A DNA stretch of 64,000 nucleotides from the NCBI RefSeq assembly GCF_009914755.1, contig NC_060930.1, one strand, 5' to 3'. Origin of the DNA: the human T2T-CHM13v2.0 reference genome, Homo sapiens. The position numbers and the translations under genes were made by a program. Below the pieces are notes generated by a model, which saw nothing but the letters and a program-made list of their open reading frames with translations, ran no database searches and had not been told where the DNA came from. Of the stretch, positions 17,158 through 27,549 are shown piece after piece (within the stretch, counting starts at the first letter, position 1; each line of letters opens with the position of its first letter).

Positions 17158-17320
17158 ATCAAAGTGTGATCCATTGACCACCATCATCAGCATCTGCTGG
17201 AGCCTATTAGGAATGCAGAATACCAGGCCCCATCACAGACCAGTTACTGAATTGGAATCTGCATTGTAACAAACTTCTCAGGTGACTTATGGGCCCATTG
17301 TAAATTTTGAGAAGCCCCAT
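17158..17320. mobile_element. MER5A/B (hAT-Charlie) relic
   Basis: CATCAGCATC...GAATGCAGAA...AGGCCCC...AATCTGCATT...AAATTTTGAGAAGCC. Confidence 0.7.
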
Positions 17321-19389
17321 TGTGAAAAACCAAAACTATTTGACTTCCCATTTCATTCAAGGTCCCCCTTCACACCTATACATCCTGTTTGAGGTAAGTA
17401 TTATACTAAGAGCTTTACCTAGGGAGAAGTTTTAAAATAAGAATATGAGACCCTACTGTAAATAATGTAATGTAATTCATCTCATACAGGGTCTGAGCAA
17501 GTTTTTTTTAAAATCTCCCCTGATAAATCAAATGTGACACCAAGGTTGAAAACAATTACATTATCTTACTTAATTCTTAACTTCAAACATCAAGGTGTGC
17601 ATTATTACATCACAGAGGAACTTGCTCATGATAGCAAAACCTAGATTTAAAGTTGGGTCTGTCTGACTTCAAAGATTTTCTCTTGCGTTTTATACCCATC
17701 AATATGTTGGAGGGTTTTAGACCAGTAGCTACTTCCCAACTTCCCATTGTGTGATTACCCCAACATGCAGCATTGTATGGGAAAGCCTAGAGGGGCAGGG
17801 CAGAAGAGTGAACATCAAGAACCTTAAGGCTAGGCAAGACTGGGATGGAAAGATGAAGAGTGGTGAAACTGTTTCTCCAGAAAATCAGATCAGCCCCTCT
17901 CCTGAGCCAATTGCGATTATAAATGAGCAAATGGACTGATGAACCACAGGGGGATCTGCATGTCAACAGACTCTGTCACAAACTGAATTAAGCAAATGGG
18001 CTTAGAAGAGACATGCAAGAGTGTTTACAATAGTACTGTGGGCACAGCTCTCAGGCCAAGGAACCTAACCTTTGTGGACTGCTCTATCACTACTGTCCCA
18101 TCACCACATATGGTCACCATACTTGTAAGCAGGAGATATCCTGAAATCTGGTTCTCCCTACATAGGATGACCAGCCAGAGGCCGATGGGTGGAATGTTCC
18201 CACAGAGTCAGAGAGGATGTGAGTCATGCCTTCTTACATCATTTAAGCAAGGCTTGTGTAGATTTTTAAAGCATTTACCATAAATGGATCCCCTCATCAC
18301 CATCTGTTCACTTTTGGTACAGGAAATATTATAAGACCATTCTTGTCATATGGATTTTCATTTAGTAGTTTTGAAAAGGATTTCTCTGATCTTTTGAGAT
18401 ATATACAAATAAGTAAAAAGAAGTGGACATTTTCTTTTACAAATTATACTCGGAATAGTGTTAAGTTACTCTCTTTGACAGATGGCTCAATTCCAGGGAC
18501 TAGCTCTCCCTCAGGGAGCACTGAAAATCCTAGTATAATCCTAAGATATGAGTGTTGACTTTAAAATTCTGATTTAACTGACAGATGTATGAAATGGCAC
18601 ATAGAAAACTCCCCATTGGGGATAATGAAAATGCTAGAGTAACAGTTACGTTATAGGAGAATGGCAATGATATAATCTCACTCGTTTTCTCGTTTTATGT
18701 GATCCATTTTCTGATGCTGAAATTTATTTTTGTGAAACATAAGATTGTACTCACATTTCTATATGCCTGTTTTTAAAATGTCAAAATTACACAGACTTCA
18801 GGGTCTGTCTTTTGGGAAAAACTGACATATAAATAAACCTTACTTCTGTGCAAAAAAAAAAACAAACAAAAAAAAAACAGACATTTCTTTCAATCATAAA
18901 TGGCAAGTGTTCTACCTTTGAACTATGGATATATCAACCTTAAATCAAAACAATTTTTGAAAAGAAAAACACAGTGATGAGAAAAATCATAATGGTTAAA
19001 CATGTTTATGTAAATAATTAGCTCCTTTTATTTTGAAATAGGTACATTGTCTCCTAACTTCTGATTCGCTCAGTGCCACATTAATAAAAGGTCACAATGT
19101 TTTAAAATGCTAAGATTTTAGCATTATATCAGGACTAGAGATGAATTTAAAAAACTGAGTTTGCATATATGAAGAAAAACTTTAGGTTTGATTTGGAGAT
19201 CCTCTGCCTGAATTTACAGCTCTGAAAAATCTGCTATTTCTAATCAGCGATAAACCTCCTCTCCCTTGACTCATGGAACTTTGTTTTCACTGAGTCTAGA
19301 GGCGTTAGTATCAGTTGCAAAATGTCCTGGAAGAGGGATTTAGAGATCCTGAATGGTCTGCGCCTGCTTCTGCTAAACATCTCAGAGAC

Positions 19390-19408
19390 ACTCTGCCCCC
19401 TGGTGGAT
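19390..19408 (-). promoter_or_regulatory. Strong CTCF motif downstream of HTR1B
   Basis: Minus strand reads CCACCAGGGGGCAG, matching the CTCF core consensus CCASYAGRKGGCRS. Confidence 0.65.
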
Positions 19409-22369
19409 TGTTCCAGGGTGGGTTTCGATTAACAGTGCAGACTTCCCTTCTCCCACCCTTTCTCTACCTCGAGTAGATGCCCCAGTTGAAAGCCTTTATC
19501 CCCACCAATTACACATTCCTTTGGTTCAACAATTCCCTTTTAGATAATGTGAAAACCCTTAATTACTTAATCAGCCCTTCACAGTTAAAACAAGAACCAT
19601 AAACATCATTATTGGTTATCATGATTTGATACAGGTAAGAAAAAAGTAGAGAAGTGAAAAATGAGGTGCTGCAAATTAAAAATGTGGATGTGGCCAGGGA
19701 CTTTGGATTCTAGAAAGACAGCCAGAAATCTCTAGACAAGGAAGAGGAAGAGGGTTTAAAAGTGAATAAAAGGACGCTATAAGAAATAATTAAACATTTG
19801 GCAATTTCTTCTTGGCCGATAGAGCCACCGCAAACCATCCTTCATGTTCCCTTTTGTTCTTTGGGGTGTATGTCACCTGCATAGGGGATTAGTTGTAAAA
19901 GGCTGTAAAGCTCAGTCGCTTCTAGTTTTTGCCAAGTTTTTCCCATTCAGGCTAGTTTGATCTTCTCCAGTCCAACTTCTCCCAAGTACCCCTGTTCTGT
20001 GCTACAGGCACTCTGCATCCACAAAGGAGACAATGGGAAATAATGGCTAAGAGGAAGTCCTGTCTGCTGAGAGCCAAAAAAGTGTCAGGCATCTCAATAA
20101 GTGCTTTACATGTATAGGTTCTAGGCCTTCACATCAACTTGTAAGTAGACAGTATTTGAGAAAAAGAACCACATATTTCTAACATACTTTATTTGCAATT
20201 CAAACCTAGGACTGACTACAAAAGCTACCTTTCTGCCTACTTCACTGGTCTTAAGATAGGTCAGTCTACTCCTCTTAAGTCTTCTTCTAACCCAGTTCCT
20301 CCTGTATTTTAAGCACCATACAGTCCTTGGAATCTCACTACCTAGCCTAGAGACTAAAGGTCCCCTCTAAAAACTAATCTGGAAAACTCTTGTGATAGTG
20401 GATCTAACCCTCTCTCTTTGCAGAATATGAAAGCACAACCCATTTCTTTCCTTTCAAATTCTTCCTTCAGATATAAACTAAATCCCCCAAGTCATGGCAG
20501 CACATATCAGGCAGCCACAGTATCATTTACTATTAGTCATTCTCTCATGAAGGGTCAAACTCCTAAACACAACCCCAGAATCCAAGGAACCAATCTTTCC
20601 ATAATAATAGAACTACTACCCGACGCTTTTTAGAACACAAAAGGACTTTTATTTATTTTCCTAAATTTCATTTCCAATGATACATTTCCTGAAAGATGGA
20701 ATACCAAAGGCAATTTTCAGTCACAGCAACTCCATCAAATACACATAATCTGATATTTTACTGCTTCAGTGAATTATAATCTTCTCAGGGTTTCCTGGTT
20801 AAAGAAGACAAAACTAAGATAATAGAGAGGAAAAGTTAAGAATATTGTTCTTTAGAAAATTTGTTGAACTCAATAAACATTCATTCATGGGTGTAGTGTC
20901 CATTTTTAAAAGGAAACTCTAAAATTCCTAGAAACACAAGACAATACTGGTAATATTGAGTGAGTATACATTCATATATTTCTGTGAAAATTTGTGCAAT
21001 TAAACAATATGGAAAATGTTGTTTATTACCACAGCCAATGAAAATATATTTCCATTGCTATGTAAGTTAAACATTTCCATCTCCCGCTTCATGTTCTGCA
21101 AAAAAGCCATGTGCCTAGTTTATGAAATAAACTATGCTATAGGCAACAGTAACTGAAAAGGAGCTTAACAGTCTTAACTACATACCCCTGGGATGAATAC
21201 TACACTTTGCATAATCATGTGCAATGCTGAATGATGATTCTATATCTCTTATAACTATAAGGGTTTGCAAGCTTCTATTTCATACAATATGCCCCAAATC
21301 CAGGCAATACAGCCAAATAGTCAAGCAATAATTTAGGTGGTTAATCTACAAAATGGCAAACAACCCATTCGACTAAACTGATTGTGTTTTGTTAATGTGA
21401 GGACACCATCATTGCAGGTACCCTATAAAGAAATCATTTGAAAGTGGCTATTTGTTTCAATTAATGTTTCCCCCTAAGGCTCTTAGAAGTTGACTTAATT
21501 GCCTCTTAGGACCAAAGAAAATACAACTGTATAAACAGAAGACCACAGTATTAATAACATAAAAACAAACACCACGCTCTATGCACATTCCTCCATAGGA
21601 GAAATATCACAAAAAGCAAACAAAGAAACTTGGGATCCAGCAGAAGTATAGGCAAATCTAATGCCTAAAATTTTCTCTCACACCAGTGACAGGTATAAAT
21701 ATTGATCAAAACTCCCCTTTTTAGTTAGCTTATGTGTGAATCTTTGAATAGTATATTTTCAAGAGTGATTACTCAAGGTGAAGGTCTGCACAGTAGGCAA
21801 GCAGTGCACTTCAGCTCAATGTATTTATTGTCTGACAAACAGGACTGGGGAGTTTCAAGCAAGGAGTGAATCCATTTCACAAAGACAACTTGCTTCTGCA
21901 GACAAAAGGTATCAACTGCAGAATGCCCTCTGAGGAAAGGAGTGTGAATTTTCTTTGGCATGTTAAATGCTGTACATATACATTTTTTTCCGTGCAGATA
22001 ATCCCTCAGGGCTACTTCTTATTAAAATATACATTTTTTTCATATTTTATTTCATGACTTTATCCTGTATTAGGGAGCTCTCAGAGGAAATTTGAAATAA
22101 CTAAGTATTCTTGAAATTTGAAAAGACTGATAAATTTAAAGTATTCCAGATATTATATTAATTGAGATATCAGGTTGGTAACAAATTTACAAAGGTCAAA
22201 AGCTTGCCAGTTTCCTGATTGTTAGTAAGTCTGAGGTTTGGTTCTGCAATTTTTTCTTTTTTAAACAAACAAAAAACAAGACAAAAACAGGCTCAATTTT
22301 AGTTTCTCTAAGCTTTTCTAAAGTTCTTATATGTCATTTTCTAGCAATCTTTTCTCCTGCCCAAACTTC

Positions 22370-22404
22370 AATAACAACAACAACAAAAAAGAAACAAGTT
22401 TATT
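22370..22404 (-). terminator. HTR1B polyadenylation signal and GU-rich downstream element
   Basis: AATAAA on minus at 22404-22399, followed about 10-30 nt later by TTTTTTGTTGTTGTTGTT. Confidence 0.75.
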
Positions 22405-23690
22405 TTCTTTTCAATATCGTTTTTAGGGCCCTTAACTGTATTTTTAAGGTTTCTGGAGAAGGAAGATAGTTCTCTTGGTTTCTTTATATGTTAGCACACA
22501 AGGAATCACAGATGGGAAGGAGAGTGCAAATGACTATCAGATAAAAGTTTCATGCACTTTAAGATTTTTTTACAAGTCAAAATATACATCCTCCTATTGC
22601 CCCCACCCCATTCCTCAATTGTGTAAGAACTATCCCCATGTCATCAGTCTCCTTCACATCTCACTAAATTGGATAAGAAATAAAGACACTTTTCTTGTTA
22701 AGAAACAGTATATTTCCAATACTAATCGGTTTTACCAATTGCATTAGTAAGAAATATAGCAGCAGTGTGGGCTGAGTCACCCATCATACCCTTCATTTAT
22801 GGGGATTTAAATGTGTAAAGTGACAGGTACATGAAATTAAGAGAAAAAATAAAGCAGTCTGCAGACTTTGGCACTAGCACACATAATGGTTTGTTTGTTA
22901 GAGTTGTGGCTTGACAATCGCTAAACAGGAATTACAAAATTGTAAATCTGCAGAAAACAAACAATCATAGGTGTTGATTCTCAGTTTAACACTCCTCATC
23001 TCCCATTCCCACCCACCCACCCCCATATAGTTTCAAGTATAATAAAAATAGAGATCTCAGCATCAGAATTTTGCTGTTAACTCTTCAAGGTTTCTCTGCG
23101 CCATCCAAGCCACACATAGGGTTTGAAGCACCAAATCCACAAGTTTCTCCAACCAAGTTTAAATAGACAAAAAGTGAAGACTGAATGATGCCAAAGTAAC
23201 TGTTCTTAAATTAAGCTGTAACACAAAGTTCTCCCCAAAAACACAGGGCATTAAGCGTCTAGTTCAAGTACTGCCAGGCTGTATGTAGATCTGTCTCAGA
23301 CAGGCTTCAGACAACAATTACAAGTACACTGCTTCTAGTGGGCATTATCCACGATACCAAAGCAGGGCAGGGATTCCCTTCCATTATCAATTTTTAAAAG
23401 TTGCAACCCCCTTTGGGATTGGCTACCGCAGGGTCAGTGCTGAGCCCGGGGCTTGAGGGGAGGAAGTGAGCCTCCTCCTGGGCAGGGAAGCTCTACATTT
23501 AGTTTCAACACTTCTCCTTTCAGAGCTCTCTCTCAGGACTATTCTGGCTTCTCAGGATCCATTGCCCTTGCCCAGGAGAGAGAGCCTCGCTGGGACCCAG
23601 AAACCGCGAAAGAAGATTCGACCTACCTGTGGAACCAGACACAACTTGGTCCCCAAAGGTCGCTTAGGCGACCCCACTGCAAATGGCAAG
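22385..23690 (-). other. HTR1B: HTR1B 3'UTR (~1.3 kb)
   Basis: Unique, repeat-free sequence between the stop codon and the polyadenylation signal; contains the miR-96 site. Confidence 0.75.
22867..22881 (-). promoter_or_regulatory. miR-96 target site in the HTR1B 3'UTR
   Basis: Plus-strand TTTGGCACTAGCACA equals miR-96-5p nt 1-15, so the mRNA is perfectly complementary. Position 22867 is c.1997, the recalled rs13212041 site (A allele here). Confidence 0.85.
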
Positions 23691-24863
23691 TCAACTTGTG
23701 CACTTAAAACGTATCAGTTTATGGAATGCTTGTTTAAAGTCCTCATTGGACATGGTATAGATTATGGGGTTGATGAGGGAGTTGAGATAGCCCAGCCATG
23801 TGAAGAAGTCAAAGATGGCTAGGTGGAACCAGCAGGCATCTTTGCAGATAGGCATCACTAGGGAGATGATGAAGAAGGGTAGCCAACACACAATAAAGGC
23901 TCCCAAAATGATCCCTAGGGTCTTGGTGGCTTTGCGCTCCCTAGCGGCCATGAGTTTCTTCTTTTCCAGCAGGGCGTCGGAGACTCGCACTTTGACTTGG
24001 TTCACATACACAGGAGATCCGGATTCGCTGGGCACGTCGGGAACCCGCGAGTTAATAGAGGTGACCGAGGACGTGGACCCGGGGGAGTCGGTTATCAGCT
24101 GGGCTCGGGTCAAGCGCTTGCCGGTCCTGTTGGGCGTCTGTTTCAAAATCCGGGAGCGGGCTTCTACGTAGATGCGGCCATAGAGGGCGATGAGGAGCAG
24201 GGTGGGGAAGTAGAAAGCACCCACCGTGGAGTAGACCGTGTAGAGGATGTGGTCGGTGTTCACCACGCATTCCGACACCTCCTCTTCGGCCTTAGCCTGA
24301 CGCCAGAAGAAGGGCGGCAGCGAGATAGAGATGGAGAAGACCCACACCAGCGCGATCATGACCGCCGCCCTCTTGGGAGTCCTTTTAGCTGAGTACTCCA
24401 CGGCGTCCGTGATGGCCCAGTAGCGGTCCAGGGCGATGACACAGAGGTGCAGGATGGAGGCAGTGCAACAAGTGATGTCCGACGACAGCCAGAAGTCACA
24501 GACCACCTGGCCCAGTGTCCAGCGGCCGGTGACAGTGTACATGGTGCTGATGGGCATCACCAGGATGGACACAAGCAGGTCGGTGACCGCCAGAGAGGCG
24601 ATCAGGTAGTTAGCCGGGGTGTGCAGTTTCCGGGTCCGGTACACTGTGGCAATCACAAAGGCATTGGAGAGCGTGGTGGCCAAGGTGATGAGCGCCAATA
24701 GCATAACCAGCAGTACTTTCCAGGGTAGGGAGATGGAGTCCTGGTAAATGTAGTCCTTGGCGCTGCAGTTTTGGGAGGGAGCAGAGGATAAGTTGGCTTG
24801 AGGAACCCAGGTCTCGGAGCCCGCGGGCGGCGGTGGAGCGCACTGAGCACCCGGTTCCTCCAT
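23691..24863 (-). CDS. HTR1B: 5-hydroxytryptamine (serotonin) receptor 1B, intronless class A GPCR, 390 aa
   Basis: Starts [26 protein letters not shown] and ends FKCTS; seven TM segments with TM3 Asp (SSDITCC), DRY, CWLPFF and NPIIY motifs; strong Kozak GCCATGG at 24863. Codon 124 TTC (Phe), c.861 G, c.129 C. Confidence 0.99.
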
Positions 24864-26050
24864 GGCTCTCCTCGCCCCAGCTCCGGAGCGCAGCTCTTGG
24901 GCATGGAGCGGACGAAGGAGAGGGCGGAAGGACCGTGGCGATCGCAGGTTTGTCCCCAGTTGATAGTTCCGTGAGTTCCTCAATTATTCCTCCGCCCAGG
25001 TTCACAGCTGAAACTAGAGGTCATGGGTGCGGCAGCCAAGGCAGGCGGGCGCCTCCCCTGCACTTCCAGAGCGCCTAGCTAAGCCGCCGCGTCTGTGGTT
25101 GTTCCTCTCCACACCGGGTCTTAGCCCTGGGTTGCTAAGAGCTGGCCCACCGAGCCCTGCTCCGCTCCAGCTCCCTGGAGGCGTCTAGTGCAGGAGGGTG
25201 AAGTACTGCTTGAGGAGAAGGCTTTGACCAAATGGGATCTCTTACCCCAGTTGCTTGAGGCTGAGCGTCTCCTAACCTGGACGCTTTTGGATCTGCAGAC
25301 TTTGCCCACAGGAGTTTCCTAGGTGTAGAGACCAAAGCTTGCAGGCCAGCGAGAGGTCCCGAGATCTTGCATTCCCACCCCTCGCCCCAAGCTGGGGCAC
25401 TTTTGGGGGGCTGCAGCGGCCGCCAGAGCTGGGTGGGGTGAAGTCTAGGAGCAGCGCTGCGCCGCGCCTCGCGCCGGAGCTCTGCCCTCCCTCTCTTTTC
25501 ACTCTCTGGCCACTCGGACGAGCTGCCCCGCGGAGACGGAGCCATAAAAGGGGGGACACGGGTGCTGGAGTTGCGGCTGCTCGGGCCGCGCCGCCGCCAC
25601 CGCCACCCTGGTCCCACGGGAGCCACTCGGAGCCATGCCACTGGGTGCGCGGGTCTGGAGGACCTGGCGCGGCACACTGGGAAGGGGCAGGTGTCTGGGG
25701 GAGCTGGAGGGACGCGGCGTGCGCCAGCCCGGGAGAAGCGTGCGAGCTACGGAGCAGATGGGCTCTTTATATAGAGTCCAGGTCCGGTCCGCCAGAGCAG
25801 TGCAACTCGTGCGGCGCGGCGGGTGCGGACGCCCGCTCCCCATCACCTTCCCTTTTTCTCTCTCCCTCCCTCTTTTCCCCCCGCCCTGTTCCTTTCCTGG
25901 CCAAGGAAGCTCCCGCCGGGTCCTACCGCCCTATCTCCCCGCTTCCCACCCCGGGCCATCCTCCCAGCCCTGACAACCTGGAGCTGCATTTCTGGTCAGG
26001 GGAAGAAGGCGTCCTGTTCTCGCCTCTACGGACATCAGAGCTTGCTGCGC
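23900..26050. promoter_or_regulatory. CpG island spanning the HTR1B CDS and promoter
   Basis: Abrupt rise in GC and CpG density relative to AT-rich flanks; multiple GC-box-like motifs. Confidence 0.9.
25765..25774 (-). promoter_or_regulatory. TATA box oriented toward HTR1B
   Basis: CTATATAAAG on minus, an isolated AT element in GC-rich DNA about 900 bp upstream of the ATG. Confidence 0.6.
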
Positions 26051-27549
26051 TGACCTCCAGTGAGACCCATGTCCTTAGCCATGGTCACAGGTTTAGTCCA
26101 GCAGTCTGGCCCTAGGCTCCTGCCTACCACTCCCACCCTAGGAGGCCAGTGTTAGGCGGGGAAGCCCTGGTCTCTGACCTCTCCGCTCTAAAATCATATC
26201 CAGCCCTGATGGCCACACCCAGGTTAGGAGGCACCAGTAATATCGCTGTAGAGGGCCCAATGTTTGCATTTTGTACTTTGCCGTCCTTAACTCTTGATAC
26301 AATAAAAACTATTTTTTCATCTAGTTTTAGAAATTTGTGTTTTTCACTCAACTATGAGTCAACAGGGAAAAAGACAAGCTATCTGCGAAAATGTAAAAGT
26401 TATCACAAACAGAAGCCAACTGTATGTGAAATTAAACCTTCTGCTCCACCATCCTCTTCCAGCTGCTCAGTGCTTCAGTGCCTCTGGAAAACAGTTGCCA
26501 GTAAGCGTGTTCCTTCCAACAGCCTACCTAGAAAGGAGGTCATCAGAATTCAAGAAAAAAGGGGGATGGTGGGGCGGGGAGGACTGGAACCATCATCAGC
26601 ACCATCTTGTGTGTCTCCTTTGCCTTCAACTAATATGTGGGAATGTCAGCCATAAGCTGCAGCATGCAATACCAGTACCTAGGTCTCATGACCAGGGACG
26701 GATCCCCTGTCCTCAGTTTCTCCTCTGACCTCAACAGAAACAAATGTAGGGTAGAGATGCAAATCAGAAAGTATGAAGAAAAGCTCCAGGAAAGGACAAG
26801 GTATTTTCAGCTCGAAGGATTAAATGATCCCCACTACGAATTCCTAGAGCCTAGATCCATGTTTGGCACCTAGAGTGTATCTAATAAAAACTGCATTGTA
26901 AATGAATTCATCTGTTTAAGCGCACATATATTTTAAAGAGAATCATTCTGTGTCAGAACCTAAGGCTATCTGATCTGATCCCTCCACCCAGTTTTAGAGG
27001 AAGAGTAATTGAGATCCTTTGAAAGAAGAGCTTTTTACCCAAGGCAATAAAGCACAAACCCAAGTTCCCTTAATTCCCGGTTCTCTAAACCAGGCAAGCA
27101 GGCAAAAAATAGAGTGCCTACTCTATGCTGAGTATTTTTCTAGGCATCCGAGGTATGGAGGCCAGTGGGAGTAGACTCAGACCCTCTTTTCCAGCAGTTT
27201 ACATTCTAGAAGAGACAGACAATAACTACATGAACAAGTAAATAATTAATACTTATACTTTTCTGTAGTGTTAAGTGTTTTGAAGAAAAACACACATACA
27301 CACATGCATGCATTGAGAGTGAGGGTACTCCTTTAACTAAGGTGGCAGCTCTTCAAGGACGTCCTCTAGATGCGGTCTGGGCTGCAGCAGCCACCCTGAG
27401 GATAAAAGCACAGCCTTCTCTCTTTTTCTCCTCCAGTCCTAGCACCTAGCATTTTGCCACCAACCTTAAGCCTCATTTTCACCACATTTTAAGGGATCCT
27501 TCCCATTCTCCCACCCCATCCACCTAGATAAACAATTATTTTTGTCAAC

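Noticed and set aside
24864-24983. 40-aa N-terminal extension of HTR1B in the ORF track (430 aa)
   Set aside because: It starts at TTG, an artefact of the ORF caller's alternative starts. The known 390-aa protein begins at the strong-Kozak ATG at 24863, and nothing in the sequence supports non-AUG initiation.
23453-25078. Antisense ORFs over the HTR1B CDS
   Set aside because: Shadow ORFs of a GC-rich coding sequence with no independent support.
25120-25130. Allele call at the T-261G promoter variant
   Set aside because: I cannot fix the exact coordinate or reference base from memory, so no call is made.
26595-26615. REST/NRSF-like TCAGCACCAT
   Set aside because: Only the left half-site; the GGACAG right half is absent.
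25135-26655. Long ORFs across the promoter (258 aa +, 180 aa -, 168 aa +)
   Set aside because: Non-ATG starts, compositional bias or no recognisable domain; long ORFs are expected in and next to a GC-rich island.
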